From Methylotenera sp. RIFCSPLOWO2_02_FULL_45_14 (GTDB taxonomy: Bacteria > Pseudomonadota > Gammaproteobacteria > Burkholderiales > Methylophilaceae), in contig MHBU01000024.1 of assembly GCA_001803395.1 (NCBI GenBank), positions 17,003 to 81,002 on the forward strand: DNA of 64,000 nt. The letters run 5' to 3'. The notes under the pieces are model-generated. The model made no database searches. It was not told the DNA's origin and was given only the letters and a program-made list of their open reading frames with translations. A program made the position numbers and the translations under genes. The number at the start of each line of letters is the position of its first letter. The first letter of the stretch is position 1. Shown here piece after piece: positions 46,594 to 58,444 of this stretch.

Positions 46594-47349
46594 TTATGAA
46601 TCTCTGGTGATTGTGGCAGAGAGAATCGCATGGTCAGACACTTTTAATAAATGTGTGCCGGAGTTAACTTCCACATGTTTTACATGAAAGCCACGTACAT
46701 AAATACGGTCTAATCTTAGCATTGGAAACCAAGATGGAAAGCTGCGAGCAGCCTTGCCTGTGTGGCGTTCGAATACTTCATGTAGACGTAAGTGATCAGC
46801 AAATGCTTTACCTGAGCGTTGTCCCCAATCGTTAAAGTCACCTGCAATAATGAGCGGGGCATTGGCGGGTATCTGTTGTTTAATATAGTCGGTTACCGAG
46901 GCTAACTGCTGGCGCCGCCAGTGTGCAAATAAACCGAGGTGCAGGCAAATTGCGTGTAAAGGCGTATTCCACTTTGGTACGTTAATTTCAGTATGTAGCA
47001 TGCCACGCTCCTCAGTGGCATGTGCTGAAATATCAATATTGGTCGTTTTGATAATGGGGAATTTTGAAAGCAGGGCGTTGCCGTGATGCCCCGCTGGATA
47101 GACTGAATTTTTCCCATACGAAAAATCTGACCATACCGCATCCGCTAAGTATTCCACTTGCCCGGCACTAGGCCATGCTGCAAAGCGTTTGCTATGTTCA
47201 GCATGTACGTCGCGTACCTCTTGTAAAAATACAATATCAGCATGTAACTTGCGCAATAAGTCGCGCTGATGGTGTAGGGCAAAGCGCGCGTTAAAATGGG
47301 TAAGCCCTTTATGGATGTTAAATGTGGCAATATGTAGCGTGTTATGCAA
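46594..47349 (-). CDS. Endonuclease/exonuclease/phosphatase family protein (YbhP-like)
   Basis: Motifs TFNIHKG, ADIVFLQEV, HHGNALLS, AGDFNDW, LDRIY and SDH. Confidence 0.9.
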   Translation of the reverse strand: MHNTLHIATFNIHKGLTHFNARFALHHQRDLLRKLHADIVFLQEVRDVHAEHSKRFAAWPSAGQVEYLADAVWSDFSYGKNSVYPAGHHGNALLSKFPIIKTTNIDISAHATEERGMLHTEINVPKWNTPLHAICLHLGLFAHWRRQQLASVTDYIKQQIPANAPLIIAGDFNDWGQRSGKAFADHLRLHEVFERHTGKAARSFPSWFPMLRLDRIYVRGFHVKHVEVNSGTHLLKVSDHAILSATITRDS

Positions 47350-47466
47350 AATTAATTCACTTTATGGAGGTGGTGCTTGAGGTCATTTTCAGCGAGTATC
47401 CAATATACGCTAGTGGTGAATTTATGATGAGCGAATTTTACTCAGATTCATGCGTGAAAAATTTAT

Positions 47467-48396
47467 CTATTTTTGTTTTTCGCCTATGTGTGTTGCACCA
47501 CGCTGTTTAGCCAATGTGACTTGTTTTTGGCGCTCAATCAAACTGGCACGCTTTTCTGCTGATAATTTATCATAGCAATAAGGACATGATACGCCGGCAG
47601 CGTATTGCTCACTCTGCATTTCAGTAGGTGAGAGCGGATGGCGGCAGGCATAGCATTGATTAAAATCGCCCACTTCTAAGTTATGTTTAACAGCCACGCG
47701 CTGGTCAAATACAAAACATTCCCCTTGCCACAGGCTTTGTTCTTCAGGCACGGTTTCAAGGTATTTTAAAATACCGCCTTGCAAGTGAAAGACCTCTTCA
47801 AACCCTTGATCCATCATAAAAGAAGAGGCTTTTTCGCAACGGATACCACCAGTACAAAACATGGCGACCTTCTTATGTTTGGTGTTATCAAAGTGCTTGG
47901 CCACGTATTCAGGAAACTCACGAAAAGTCGTCGTTTTAGGGTCAATTGCGCCTTTGAATGTACCAATATCCACTTCATAGTCATTGCGGGTATCAATCAA
48001 AATGACGTCAGGGTCGGAGATGAGCGCATTCCAGTCTTCAGGCTTCACATAAGTACCTACTTTTTTGGTTGGGCTTACACCTGGAACGCCTAACGTGACA
48101 ATTTCCTTTTTAAGTTTTACTTTCATGCGGTAAAACGGATGTTCGTTGGCAAAGGACTCTTTATGTTCTAAGTCACAAAATTTGTTTGCAAAAAGTGGGT
48201 CTGTGCGTAGAAAGTTCAACACACGATGTATGTCATCAGGCAAGCCAGCTATGGTGCCATTGATGCCTTCTTCAGCCAGCAGGAGAGTGCCTTTAATGTG
48301 ATTATTTTTACACGCATCAAGAATTGGCGCTTGCAGTGCTTGGTAATTGGGTAGGCTGACAAATTTATACAGCGCCGCGGTTAAGTACTTAGACAT
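47467..48396 (-). CDS. trhO: Oxygen-dependent tRNA U34 hydroxylase (rhodanese, YceA)
   Basis: Motifs [38 protein letters not shown] and GECFVFDQR. Confidence 0.93.
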   Translation of the reverse strand: MSKYLTAALYKFVSLPNYQALQAPILDACKNNHIKGTLLLAEEGINGTIAGLPDDIHRVLNFLRTDPLFANKFCDLEHKESFANEHPFYRMKVKLKKEIVTLGVPGVSPTKKVGTYVKPEDWNALISDPDVILIDTRNDYEVDIGTFKGAIDPKTTTFREFPEYVAKHFDNTKHKKVAMFCTGGIRCEKASSFMMDQGFEEVFHLQGGILKYLETVPEEQSLWQGECFVFDQRVAVKHNLEVGDFNQCYACRHPLSPTEMQSEQYAAGVSCPYCYDKLSAEKRASLIERQKQVTLAKQRGATHIGEKQK

Positions 48397-48695
48397 AGTC
48401 TTCGCATTTGAATAGGATGTGTTATTTTAGCAGAAGGTTTTATAAGTAGATGGTTTTCTAAACAAACGGTTTTTGATTCGATTTTATTTTAAATTAAGCT
48501 GATCACTAAAGTCTTAAAATTAACGCGCTCCATACAGAGCTGCAATTGGGATTCTGATTGGAGTGGATTTTATTTTCCAGCTATGCTAGGTATCATCAGG
48601 TCTGGAAGGATTGGCTTGGTATCAAGCCGCGACTATCAACCAGAAAATGCATAAGCAGTCAAAGTTCAGCCAAAAAGTGAAATTTGGTTTTAAAA

Positions 48696-48878
48696 TCATG
48701 GAATACCGATAAGTTTAAGATACTCTTCAAGTGTGATTGCTAGATTTTCAAGGGAGGCTTTGGCTTCATCTAAACGAATGCCTGAATCAAGATGTAGCTT
48801 TTCTAGTAATAATTGGTGTTTTTCAATCGCATTAACATGCTCTTTATATTTAGTATTTCGTAAATCTTGCTTAGACAT
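48696..48878 (-). CDS. Small helical hypothetical protein (60 aa)
   Basis: SD GGAG 9 nt before ATG 48878. Amphipathic Leu/Glu/Lys-rich sequence in an AT-rich region. Confidence 0.55.
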   Translation of the reverse strand: MSKQDLRNTKYKEHVNAIEKHQLLLEKLHLDSGIRLDEAKASLENLAITLEEYLKLIGIP

Positions 48879-49001
48879 GGTTAATTTCTCCAATAATGAA
48901 TGTTCACTATAGCACTTGCTGAGGTTTCATAGGCATAAGACCTTGCTTGGATTGTATTCTTTAGTGAATTTTTGCCTAGTAACGACGAAATCTAAAATCA
49001 A

Positions 49002-49820
49002 TCACAAAAGTCGGGTATCTAAAACCAATACTTCACCATTACCTTTGTAGGCAGTATCACCCACAAAGCGTTGCGCTCGCTGCGTACTGAGTTTACTAAA
49101 TTGCGTATTGTATTGGGCAAACGATTTGAACAATAAGCTCAGAAATGGCAAGGTATGTGAGCCGCAGTCTTGGATCGTCGCATGTAGTTTCGGCAGTTTT
49201 TTAACTAACAATGTGCCGCGGTGCATATTAAACGCAGTATATGCGCCTAAATCACCTAGTACGCCTATGGTGCCAGCTATCATGCGGCTGCCACAATAAT
49301 CGCCTACGTTGCCTTCAATTAAAATTAAACCACGGCGCATTTGGTCACCCACACGGTCACCTGCATTGCCTTTTACAATCACCGTGCCGCCGCGCATGCC
49401 TTTACGCAGACCTTCTGAACCAGCGCCTAAAAAGTCGCCCGTGTTACCGTCAATGCGCAGCAAACCACTTACCATATTGCATGCGGCAAATGCCGCTGTA
49501 TTACCTTGGCAATGAATTTCACCATTTTTCAAGTTAAAACCAAGATATGTACCTGCATCACCTTCAATGGTGATGTTGCCAGACGTCATATTTGCGCCGA
49601 TGTAATCAAGTTTTTTGGTCGAATTCTTGAAATAAATGTGTTGTGCATCAGTGCCCGTGATTTCAAATATCTCACCTACGCTTACTAAGCTGTTGCCATG
49701 GTTAAGCTGTATGCTAGCGATTTCTGCAACAGATTTGTTGGCCAAAAGGTTAGGGCTTAACCCACTACAATTGACGGTGTGTGCAGGGGTTTGTTTTAAG
49801 GTGAGGGTGAGCGCGTTCAT
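49002..49820 (-). CDS. fhcC: Formyltransferase/hydrolase complex subunit C
   Basis: GXGXG beta-helix repeats (GKAGD-like GNAGDRVGDQMRRG); last gene of the fhc operon. Confidence 0.93.
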   Translation of the reverse strand: MNALTLTLKQTPAHTVNCSGLSPNLLANKSVAEIASIQLNHGNSLVSVGEIFEITGTDAQHIYFKNSTKKLDYIGANMTSGNITIEGDAGTYLGFNLKNGEIHCQGNTAAFAACNMVSGLLRIDGNTGDFLGAGSEGLRKGMRGGTVIVKGNAGDRVGDQMRRGLILIEGNVGDYCGSRMIAGTIGVLGDLGAYTAFNMHRGTLLVKKLPKLHATIQDCGSHTLPFLSLLFKSFAQYNTQFSKLSTQRAQRFVGDTAYKGNGEVLVLDTRLL

Positions 49821-50725
49821 GATTTGTTGCCATTTAAAATATCGTGCAATTTGAAAAGATGTGGACCAAGTTTGCCGCCATAATTACCCGCTGAGATACG
49901 TTTTACACCGCTACTTTCGCCGAGCTTGCAAATGGCTTCAATACCTACTTTCATTGAGAATGCAATGTCTTCAAACGTTAAGCCATCAATCACAATTTCC
50001 ATGACGCTTTCAATTTCCGGTGAGAGTTCGGTATTGGTTGCACCTTTTAAAGTGGGGCAGAATGCGTCGTTGGTCGAAGCAAACATGGTTTTATATTTAC
50101 TGCCAACTTTAGAGCCTGAGCGTACTACGCCGCCAGGGAAAGGCATGATAACGTTAGGTACTTGCTTCATAGCTTCTACCGCAGTTTCAGCCGCCGTTAA
50201 TGCCGCTGGTTGCGATGTTGCTAAAATTAAAAAGTTACCGCCGCCAATGGCGCGCACCATGCCTGTGGTTTCTTGCGTGAGAAATTCACCATCCATCACC
50301 GGAATACGCCAGTAGCGTTTACCATCAATTAGTTTAGAAGTTTGAAAGCCATCACCAAAATAGCGTAAATTTTTACCTAGGTTGATTTTATCTTCACCTT
50401 CTATGCCGGCAAAGGCGGCGGCAGTGGGGCAGGTGAGTATGCATTGCCCCATGCGCGTTTCTAGCTGCTGCATGAGCACTTTACTACCCATGGCAAACAT
50501 TAAAATGCTGACGCCGGGTCTGCCGTCTGGCGTTTCATCTGTTGATAGTTCGCGCTCTATACCAGCTTCAACCCCGCAACCGATGACTGAGGTGGCAAAA
50601 CCAGTCATCGCGTTAGCTGCGTGGTAAGCCCATTTGAGGTTTTGAGCGGTAATAATGACCCGTGTGCCGCGCATATTGAATGCTTCAGCGAAAGTGTCGT
50701 CTATTTTTATGCCGTTAATAATCAT
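49817..50725 (-). CDS. fhcD: Formylmethanofuran:H4MPT formyltransferase
   Basis: Motifs DTFAEAF, TSVIGCGVEAG, TPDGRPG, LTCPT, GGGNF and SGSKVGSKY. Confidence 0.95.
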   Translation of the reverse strand: MIINGIKIDDTFAEAFNMRGTRVIITAQNLKWAYHAANAMTGFATSVIGCGVEAGIERELSTDETPDGRPGVSILMFAMGSKVLMQQLETRMGQCILTCPTAAAFAGIEGEDKINLGKNLRYFGDGFQTSKLIDGKRYWRIPVMDGEFLTQETTGMVRAIGGGNFLILATSQPAALTAAETAVEAMKQVPNVIMPFPGGVVRSGSKVGSKYKTMFASTNDAFCPTLKGATNTELSPEIESVMEIVIDGLTFEDIAFSMKVGIEAICKLGESSGVKRISAGNYGGKLGPHLFKLHDILNGNKS

Positions 50726-52416
50726 GATTTGTTTAGATGTGTAATGATTTTTCCACGCCCACCTTCAGCAATTTCGTCATCAGAAATCTTGAAGCTGTCT
50801 AACTGCATGGTTTGGTATTTATCAAAGTAGTCTTTGAGGTCTTTTTCTACACCGATATCAAAAGCAGGTTTGGCGGTGTGCGTTGCGCCCCATACCACTT
50901 TAGTAACGACGCCATCTCTTACCACCAGCTCGCCGTTTTTAAAAACATAATCAGGTTTGGCAAACATGGCTTCACGGTCTGTTTGGTCGGTATAAACGGT
51001 AATGTCCGCAGAGGCGCCTACACCAAGATGCCCACGATCATTTAGGCCGATGAGTTTACTTGCCCCTGCGCGGGTCATGATGGCGATTTCATACAAGCTA
51101 TACTCACGGTTTAAGCTAGTCAGGTTGCTCATGGCTTGCGCATCCAGGTTGAGTTTAGCAAACGTTTCGTTTCTGAAGGTTTTATCCATCAGTAAGCGAA
51201 TCAAATGCGGGTAGCTGGTAAACGGCGCACCATTGGGATGATCAGTGGTTAAAAAGATGCGCCATGGGTCTTCAGCTGATAAAAATATCTCCAAGCCGAT
51301 TGCCCATTGCAGGGCATTGACATAGTTTTGGTCGCGGTATTTAAACGGCAATACACCACAGCCTGCATCGCACTCAATATCCATAATCACCGACTTTTTA
51401 GGGTTGGCGTGCTTGGCGTTTAAGTGCTGCATCATGGAATCACCTGATGCCGTCACGGTTTGCCCAAATAAAATTTGCCCTACATCGGCCGTGATGTGTT
51501 TATTTTTATTCAGCGCCTCAGAAATCTGTGCAGCAGCGGATGAAAACTTCTTATCGCCCTCAGTGCCGTAACTGTGAAACTGAATATGCGTCAGGTGCAT
51601 CGGCAAACCATCACTCGCCCCCATGGTGTTGAGGGTGGTTTCAAAATTGCCTGCTGCACCTAGGTTATTGCAATGTACATGCAGCGGTTTGGCAATGCCC
51701 AGTTCATGCACAGCGCGGCTTAAACTTTGCAAAATCTCACGTGGGCTCACTTGATAGTGGCTATTGTTTTCGTCTAAATTGAGCCTGCGCTGATTGAACT
51801 TAAATGCGTTGATGCCACCAGGATTGACGACTTTAATGCCAATCGCTTGCGTGGCATGTAGTATCCATGCCACGTAATCATTGATGGCTTTTTGGTCTTT
51901 TTTGGCAGCTAGCATACGTAAAAAATAATCATCGTTGCCAAGCATGGCATAGCCGCCTTTGTCTATCATCGGCGTATCACCCATCTCCAAGTGCGCTTGG
52001 CGGGCGTTAACGGGTGAGATGGCAGGCTCAAAAGCGGCGGTGTAGCCCATTTCAATGTATCTAAAGCCAGTGTCGGTAGTACTTGGGATTGAATGGTGCG
52101 TCGTGTGGTGGCTGCAATGCGGCGTGCAAATATGTGCTTCTGGCTCGCTTAGGTTTTTAGTTTCCTGCGCCTGTTTTTGCTGAAGCTCAGGTAACATCAT
52201 GCGTGCAATGTTCATCTTGCCGCCACCAATGTGGCTATGCATGTCAATGGCGCCTGCCATGACGACTTTGCCAGCCAAATCAAACGTCTGGCTGATTTTT
52301 GTAGCATCTAAGGGTTTGGGGACAATGCGCCCTTGATAGAGGTAAATATCTTCAACCACACCATCTTTGCGGTACGCGGGGTCGTAAATTTTGCCGTTTT
52401 TTAGCAGGGTAATCAT
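50722..52416 (-). CDS. fhcA: Formyltransferase/hydrolase complex subunit A (amidohydrolase fold)
   Basis: Motifs GAIDMHSHIGGGK, GYTAAFEPA, KVVNPGG, HVHCNNLG, HIQFHSYG and TTDHPNG. Confidence 0.95.
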   Translation of the reverse strand: MITLLKNGKIYDPAYRKDGVVEDIYLYQGRIVPKPLDATKISQTFDLAGKVVMAGAIDMHSHIGGGKMNIARMMLPELQQKQAQETKNLSEPEAHICTPHCSHHTTHHSIPSTTDTGFRYIEMGYTAAFEPAISPVNARQAHLEMGDTPMIDKGGYAMLGNDDYFLRMLAAKKDQKAINDYVAWILHATQAIGIKVVNPGGINAFKFNQRRLNLDENNSHYQVSPREILQSLSRAVHELGIAKPLHVHCNNLGAAGNFETTLNTMGASDGLPMHLTHIQFHSYGTEGDKKFSSAAAQISEALNKNKHITADVGQILFGQTVTASGDSMMQHLNAKHANPKKSVIMDIECDAGCGVLPFKYRDQNYVNALQWAIGLEIFLSAEDPWRIFLTTDHPNGAPFTSYPHLIRLLMDKTFRNETFAKLNLDAQAMSNLTSLNREYSLYEIAIMTRAGASKLIGLNDRGHLGVGASADITVYTDQTDREAMFAKPDYVFKNGELVVRDGVVTKVVWGATHTAKPAFDIGVEKDLKDYFDKYQTMQLDSFKISDDEIAEGGRGKIITHLNKS

Positions 52417-53678
52417 ACTAACGCCTCAATGCTGTTGATGACATCACTCAACGTAGGCAAGTGACTATCACGCAGTTTTTTTAACGGTAAAGTGATTGAG
52501 CTATCTACACGAAACATCAAGCCGGTATGGTCAACACCTGGAATGCCAACTGGAATAAATACGTCAGACTTATGCTCAAGTTGAGTATTGGGATGGCCAA
52601 TCACAATAGTAGGCGTATCGGTATTCGGAGGCACATGAGGGTTAAAGGTGCTCACCCATAGTAGCGCATCACACAGCTTTAATTGTTTTTGAGTTGAAAA
52701 ATGGTAAGTGTAGTATTCAGGTTTGCCATTGACAAAACGGCTTCTGGTTGGGTAGCCACTGAGCCAGGTGCTGGTGTTGTTAATTGAAGTGTCACCATCA
52801 CCTGAGTTAAGCGGAAAACCTGCGGCGCGCGAGGTTTCGTTTAACTTGTTAATCAACTGTACAATGCTTTGAATGGTGAGTTCAGCATGCGTAAATTTTA
52901 AGCTGCCCGCTGACCAAACCACAACTGCATATTGTGCAGCTTTTAACTTTTCTACCACAGCCAACAATGCCGAAATAGCAACACCGCCAACCACTTCTGC
53001 CTGAATTTTTTTGTTAATTAGGAGTGCGTTTAAAGCGTTCACAATTTCAGGGATATTAGCGGCTTCTGCGGGTATCATAGTGGATGCAGTGCCGTTGGGG
53101 GTAATACCTGCCTTGGTATTTTCGGCAGGTACAGCTAAATAAATAATTGCTGGTGTTGATTTGTTAAATAAACTGTCGGTATTCCACACCACTTTTTCAA
53201 AAAAGCGAGGATGGCTACTTACAATATCAGTGCCAATAGCTAATATCACATCTGCACGGTTTTTAACTTCAGCGAGCGTTGTGGTGAGCCAGCCGCCGTT
53301 TTGCATGGTTAATGTATTACGAACGGTTGATTCGCTATGCATGTGGTCGAGTGTGGCATTGGATTTTTCAGCTAAACGCATCAAGGCACGCATGCCTTGT
53401 ACTTCAGTGCCCAAACCCGCAAATAACGGCTGTTTACTTTTGCGTAAAATATCGGCGGCGGCGCTAATGGCAGTATTTAAGTCGCAAGGCTTGCCAAATA
53501 AGCTAGGCGACTCAGCAATGCTGGTTTGAAAAGACTGTTCAAAAAAAGCAATACTTTTAGCACAGCCATTTTTTATAGAGATGGGGGCTGTTGCATTTAA
53601 TATCAAATCATCGCAAAGTAAGCCGCAAGCAGGGCAGGTGGCGGGGGTGGGTTCATTAGAACGAGTGTAATTTTTCAT
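52413..53678 (-). CDS. fhcB: Formyltransferase/hydrolase complex subunit B
   Basis: CPACGLLCDD, TTLAEVKNRAD and WLSGYP; first gene of the fhc operon. Confidence 0.9.
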   Translation of the reverse strand: MKNYTRSNEPTPATCPACGLLCDDLILNATAPISIKNGCAKSIAFFEQSFQTSIAESPSLFGKPCDLNTAISAAADILRKSKQPLFAGLGTEVQGMRALMRLAEKSNATLDHMHSESTVRNTLTMQNGGWLTTTLAEVKNRADVILAIGTDIVSSHPRFFEKVVWNTDSLFNKSTPAIIYLAVPAENTKAGITPNGTASTMIPAEAANIPEIVNALNALLINKKIQAEVVGGVAISALLAVVEKLKAAQYAVVVWSAGSLKFTHAELTIQSIVQLINKLNETSRAAGFPLNSGDGDTSINNTSTWLSGYPTRSRFVNGKPEYYTYHFSTQKQLKLCDALLWVSTFNPHVPPNTDTPTIVIGHPNTQLEHKSDVFIPVGIPGVDHTGLMFRVDSSITLPLKKLRDSHLPTLSDVINSIEALV

Positions 53679-53816
53679 ATTGACGCCAATTTTGTCACAG
53701 TTTTAATTATTCTAAACTGGTTTGATGAATAACATATCATAAAAAGTTGGTTTATTTTAAGTGCTAAAAATGGTATTTTATCGGTCTTTTCAATATGTTA
53801 ATTTAATGGAGTTGTT

Positions 53817-54224
53817 ATGGCTGTTCAACGCACGCTTTCTATCATCAAACCTGATGCAGTGGCAAAAAATGTAATCGGTAAAATCTATACCCGTTTTGAA
53901 AACGCTGGCTTAAAAATAGTTGAAGCTAAAATGGCGCAATTAACACAAGCTGAAGCTGAGGGCTTTTATGCAGTTCACGCTGCGCGTCCATTCTTTGCTG
54001 ACTTGGTAAAATTCATGATTTCAGGTCCAGTGATGATTCAGGCGCTTGAAGGTGAAAATGCAGTACAGGTAAACCGTGATTTAATGGGCGCCACTAACCC
54101 TAAAGAAGCTGCTGCTGGTACTATTCGTGCTGATTTTGCTGAAAGCATTGATGCAAACGCGGTGCATGGTTCTGATTCTGCTGAGAATGCGGCGATTGAA
54201 ATCGCTTACTTCTTCGGTAAATAA
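53817..54224 (+). CDS. ndk: Nucleoside diphosphate kinase
   Basis: [16 protein letters not shown] and NAVHGSDS. Confidence 0.97.
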   Translation: MAVQRTLSIIKPDAVAKNVIGKIYTRFENAGLKIVEAKMAQLTQAEAEGFYAVHAARPFFADLVKFMISGPVMIQALEGENAVQVNRDLMGATNPKEAAAGTIRADFAESIDANAVHGSDSAENAAIEIAYFFGK

Positions 54225-54241
54225 ATAAGGTAATAACAATT

Positions 54242-55345
54242 TTGGTCAATCTGCTTAATTTCAATCAAACACAGCTCGCTCATTGGTTTGCTGAAAGAGG
54301 TGAAAAGCCTTTTCGCGCCAAGCAATTGATGCGCTGGATGCATCATTTTGGTGTGTATGACTTTGAGCAGATGACTGATATTGCCAAAAGTTTACGCGAG
54401 AAATTAGCCGTTGAGGCTGAAATCACATTGCCTACCGTGCAATTAGAGCGCGTTTCTAATGACGGTACGCGCAAGTGGTTGATTGGTGCTGATACTGCTA
54501 ATAGTATTGAAACCGTGTTTATTCCAGAAGATGATCGCGGCACTTTGTGTATTTCCAGCCAAGTGGGTTGTGCGCTGGAATGCACATTTTGTTCTACTGG
54601 CCGACAGGGTTTTAACCGCAACCTGAGTGTTGCAGAAATTATCGGTCAGCTTGCGATTGCAAATCAGTCATTGCGTCTTGAGGCTGGCTACGATTTGTTG
54701 CCAGCAGGTGAGCGTATTATTAGCAATGTGGTGATGATGGGCATGGGCGAGCCATTGGCTAATTACGATAACGTAGTAACGGCCATGCAGATTATGTTGG
54801 ACGATAGCGCGTATGGACTAAGCCGCCGCCGTGTGACGCTCTCAACCAGTGGTTTGGTGCCAGCCATGGATAGGTTAAAAGAAGATTGTCCCGTGGCCCT
54901 GGCTGTATCCCTCCACGCACCGAATGATGCGTTGCGCGATGTGATCGTGCCGATTAACAAAAAGTATCCGCTTAAAGAGTTAATGGCGGCGTGTAACCGC
55001 TATCTAGAAAAAGCACCACGGGATTTCGTCACGTTTGAGTATGTGATGTTAGACGGTGTGAATGACACGGTTGAACACGCGCATCAATTGTTGGAATTAG
55101 TTAAAAATGTTTCTTGTAAATTTAATTTAATTCCTTTTAACCCATTCCCCAATAGCGGTTATGACACTTCCAAGCCGAGTCATATTCGAGTATTCCGGGA
55201 CATTTTAATGCAAGCGGGCTATGTGGTAACCGTGCGCAAAACGCGCGGCGAAGATATTGACGCGGCTTGTGGCCAATTAGCAGGTGTTGTGCTTGATAAA
55301 ACTAAACGCAGTTCTAAACGAATTCCAATTGAGGCAATTACATGA
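54242..55345 (+). CDS. rlmN: 23S rRNA A2503 / tRNA A37 C2-methyltransferase
   Basis: Radical [24 protein letters not shown] and IDAACGQL. Confidence 0.96.
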   Translation: MVNLLNFNQTQLAHWFAERGEKPFRAKQLMRWMHHFGVYDFEQMTDIAKSLREKLAVEAEITLPTVQLERVSNDGTRKWLIGADTANSIETVFIPEDDRGTLCISSQVGCALECTFCSTGRQGFNRNLSVAEIIGQLAIANQSLRLEAGYDLLPAGERIISNVVMMGMGEPLANYDNVVTAMQIMLDDSAYGLSRRRVTLSTSGLVPAMDRLKEDCPVALAVSLHAPNDALRDVIVPINKKYPLKELMAACNRYLEKAPRDFVTFEYVMLDGVNDTVEHAHQLLELVKNVSCKFNLIPFNPFPNSGYDTSKPSHIRVFRDILMQAGYVVTVRKTRGEDIDAACGQLAGVVLDKTKRSSKRIPIEAIT

Positions 55346-56142
55346 GTAATCTATTGAAGATGAGTTTTACCGCATGCACTCTAGAAAAATTTAGCGCCAG
55401 AAAATTCACCTTAATTTGCTTAATGGGATTGATGACTGCTGGATGTGCCAATCAGCAACAGCAAGAAAAAGACGATATAAACTTAAAAGCACGTGCCAGG
55501 GCGCATACAGATCTGGGCGCTGTTTATTATCAACAAAGACAGTTGGAAGTGGCTTTAGAAGAATTTACGGTGGCGACTAAAATTGATCCAAATTTTAGTT
55601 TGGCCTATAACGGTTTAGGTTTAGTCCATGCAGCACTTGGCCAAGATGATATTGCAGAAATGAATTTTAAGCGTGCCATACAAATTGAGCCAAATAATTC
55701 AGAATCGCGTAATAATTACGGTAGTTTTTTATGTGCCAGAAACCGCATTGATGAATCCATTAAAGAGTTTTTAGCGGCGGTTAAAAATCCATTGTATGGC
55801 ACGCCGGCAATGGCTTACACCAATGCCGGCATTTGTTCATTGCGTAAGCAAGATAGTGTCAACGCGGAAATTTATTTTCAAAGAGCGTTACAAATTGAGC
55901 CGTTGTTAAACACTGCGGCTTATCAGCTTGCTTCAATACAATTTAAACGCAATGATGTGATAGGCGCTAAAAACACATTGCAAAATGTGATGCTGGGCCA
56001 ACCCACGCCTGAAATGTTGTGGCTGGCGATACAAATAGAGCGGGTGTTGGGAGCTAAAGATAATGAGGCGAGCTACGCGTTGGAGTTAAGACGTCAATAT
56101 CCTGACTCAGAGCAGGCCAAGTTGTTAAAGAGTGGAAAATAA
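55342..56142 (+). CDS. pilW: Type IV pilus biogenesis/stability lipoprotein PilW (PilF)
   Basis: Lipobox TAGC, TPR repeats and NNYGSFLC, in the conserved rlmN-rodZ position. Confidence 0.9.
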   Translation: MSNLLKMSFTACTLEKFSARKFTLICLMGLMTAGCANQQQQEKDDINLKARARAHTDLGAVYYQQRQLEVALEEFTVATKIDPNFSLAYNGLGLVHAALGQDDIAEMNFKRAIQIEPNNSESRNNYGSFLCARNRIDESIKEFLAAVKNPLYGTPAMAYTNAGICSLRKQDSVNAEIYFQRALQIEPLLNTAAYQLASIQFKRNDVIGAKNTLQNVMLGQPTPEMLWLAIQIERVLGAKDNEASYALELRRQYPDSEQAKLLKSGK

Positions 56143-56144
56143 TC

Positions 56145-57119
56145 ATGGCAGTGGCAGAAGAAATTGATGTTACAGAAACAAGTGATGCTAACTTGCAAGG
56201 GCAAGCCTCGTTAGGTGAGGTGTTTTTGGCTGCAAGAACAGCTAAAGAACTTACGCAGCAAGACGTTTCTAACAGTTTACGTATTAGTGTGAAACAAATT
56301 GATGCACTTGAAACCAATACGTTTAGTGCTTTGCCAGATGCGATGATTACACGCGGATTTATTCGCAACTACGCGCGATTGTTAGGGCTTGATGCGGAGC
56401 CATTACTGGCGGGCTATCGTGCACACATGCCCGGTGAGCTGCCTAACTCGCTCGTTGTGCAGACATCCATGCAGCAAGTTAAATTAACTAAAGATAGCCG
56501 ACCTTGGCTTAGCTATATTTTAGGCAGTATTTTAGTGTTGCTGTTTTTATTGGCTTGGTTTTTTTATATGGATTACATACCTAAATTAGCCAATGCGCCG
56601 ATGGAAAAAGCACCCGCAGTCTCCGATGGAAGCGTACCTTCGGTTGAATCAACGTCTTTGTCACTTCCGGAAATCGCCTTGCCAGCAGCAGAGCGACAGG
56701 CAGATAGTGCTGATGTGGTTGTGAACGATGTTGATACGAATGGCACACATGCAAATGTGACCGAGGTTGCAACAAGCAGTGCGCAGGCGAATGTAAATTT
56801 CCCACCTGAAACTAAAAAAGAGCGTGATTCAGTAGGTGAGCAGCGCAATCAATTGCCACCCAATACAATGGCAGATTTAAGCGTTAAAAAGGTGAGCATG
56901 TCGTTTTCTGAGCAAACTTGGGTGAGTGTGACAGATAAGTCTGGTCAGGTTGTTTTTGAAAAAGTGCTACCCGCAGGTGGCACGGATAGTTTTGATGGCG
57001 TGCCACCATTTAATCTGGTGATTGGTAATGCTAAAGCCACAAAGCTCGTATTTTTAGGGCAGCCTGTAGATTTGGCCGCGCATACTAAAAATAATATTGC
57101 ACGTGTTAGGTTGGAATAG
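56145..57119 (+). CDS. rodZ: Cytoskeleton protein RodZ
   Basis: N-terminal HTH with RGFIRNYARLLGLD, a single TM helix, and a C-terminal DUF4115-like WVSV...GNA domain. Confidence 0.9.
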   Translation: MAVAEEIDVTETSDANLQGQASLGEVFLAARTAKELTQQDVSNSLRISVKQIDALETNTFSALPDAMITRGFIRNYARLLGLDAEPLLAGYRAHMPGELPNSLVVQTSMQQVKLTKDSRPWLSYILGSILVLLFLLAWFFYMDYIPKLANAPMEKAPAVSDGSVPSVESTSLSLPEIALPAAERQADSADVVVNDVDTNGTHANVTEVATSSAQANVNFPPETKKERDSVGEQRNQLPPNTMADLSVKKVSMSFSEQTWVSVTDKSGQVVFEKVLPAGGTDSFDGVPPFNLVIGNAKATKLVFLGQPVDLAAHTKNNIARVRLE

Positions 57120-57122
57120 ACC

Positions 57123-58424
57123 TTGAGTTTATCTATAAAAAACGAACCCCGTAATACTTTGCAGGTGATGATTGCACACGTACCTGTTGGCGGTGGCTTG
57201 CTAAACTCATTGCCAGCACCCGTGGTCGTGCAAAGCATGACCAATACCGACACGGTCGATGCCGATGCTACTATTAAACAAGTGTTTGAGCTGTGGCAAG
57301 CAGGCTCTGAAGTGGTAAGAATTACCGTTAATTCACCTGAAGCCGCGGCACAGGTCGGCAACATCCGCCGTGGTTTAGATGCGCTAGGTTGCAATGTACC
57401 ATTGGTGGGCGATTTTCATTACAACGGTCATAAATTGTTAGCGCAATACCCTGATTGCGCCCAATCTCTTGCTAAATATCGCATTAACCCAGGCAATGTA
57501 GGTAAAGGCTCTAAACGTGACGAGCAATTTGCCGCCATGATAGAAGCCGCTATTCAATATAAAAAAGCCGTGCGTATTGGTGTGAATTGGGGCAGTTTAG
57601 ACCAAGCCAAAATGGCGCAAATGATGGACGATAATGCCAAGCTTGCAGAGCCTTTGTCGGCAGATGCATTGATGCGCGAGGCATTGATTCAATCCGCGCT
57701 TGAAAGTGCAGCAGAGGCGGTTGCGTTAGGTTTGTCACCTAATCAAATTATCATTTCATGCAAGGTGAGTGATGTGCAGGATTTGGTTAAAGTCTATACT
57801 GAATTAGCCAGTCGTAGCGATTACCCCTTGCATTTAGGTTTGACTGAAGCGGGCATGGGGTCAAAAGGTATTGTGGCCTCAACCGCCGCGCTGGCCTTGC
57901 TTCTACAGCAAGGCATAGGCAACACCATACGCGTGTCTCTAACGCCTGAACCCAATGAGTCGCGCACTAAGGAAGTCATCGTTGCACAAGAAATTCTGCA
58001 AACCATGGGCATCCGCTCATTTACGCCTTTGGTGACGGCCTGCCCAGGCTGTGGCCGTACCACATCAACCTATTTCCAAGAGCTTGCCATGCAAATTCAA
58101 AGCTACTTGCGTAATCAAATGCCGGTGTGGCGTGGTCAATATGCCGGTGTGGAGAATATGAGCGTGGCGGTGATGGGCTGCGTGGTGAATGGGCCAGGAG
58201 AATCTAAGCTTGCCAATATCGGTATCAGTTTACCAGGGACTGGTGAAACGCCAGTGGCACCGGTGTTTGTTGATGGCGAAAAAACAGTCACGCTCAAAGG
58301 CGACAATATCGCACAAGAATTTCAGGCGATTGTGGAAGCTTACGTGCAAAAAAATTATGCTGAGGGTGGAAAATTGCGTACTAACCCAGCTCAAAAAATT
58401 ATTCCAATACAAGCAGCAAATTAA
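57123..58424 (+). CDS. ispG: (E)-4-hydroxy-3-methylbut-2-enyl diphosphate synthase
   Basis: Motifs VQSMTNT, ADFH-like [26 protein letters not shown] and [10 protein letters not shown]. Confidence 0.96.
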   Translation: MSLSIKNEPRNTLQVMIAHVPVGGGLLNSLPAPVVVQSMTNTDTVDADATIKQVFELWQAGSEVVRITVNSPEAAAQVGNIRRGLDALGCNVPLVGDFHYNGHKLLAQYPDCAQSLAKYRINPGNVGKGSKRDEQFAAMIEAAIQYKKAVRIGVNWGSLDQAKMAQMMDDNAKLAEPLSADALMREALIQSALESAAEAVALGLSPNQIIISCKVSDVQDLVKVYTELASRSDYPLHLGLTEAGMGSKGIVASTAALALLLQQGIGNTIRVSLTPEPNESRTKEVIVAQEILQTMGIRSFTPLVTACPGCGRTTSTYFQELAMQIQSYLRNQMPVWRGQYAGVENMSVAVMGCVVNGPGESKLANIGISLPGTGETPVAPVFVDGEKTVTLKGDNIAQEFQAIVEAYVQKNYAEGGKLRTNPAQKIIPIQAAN

Positions 58425-58444
58425 AAATTAAGAATTAACAATCC

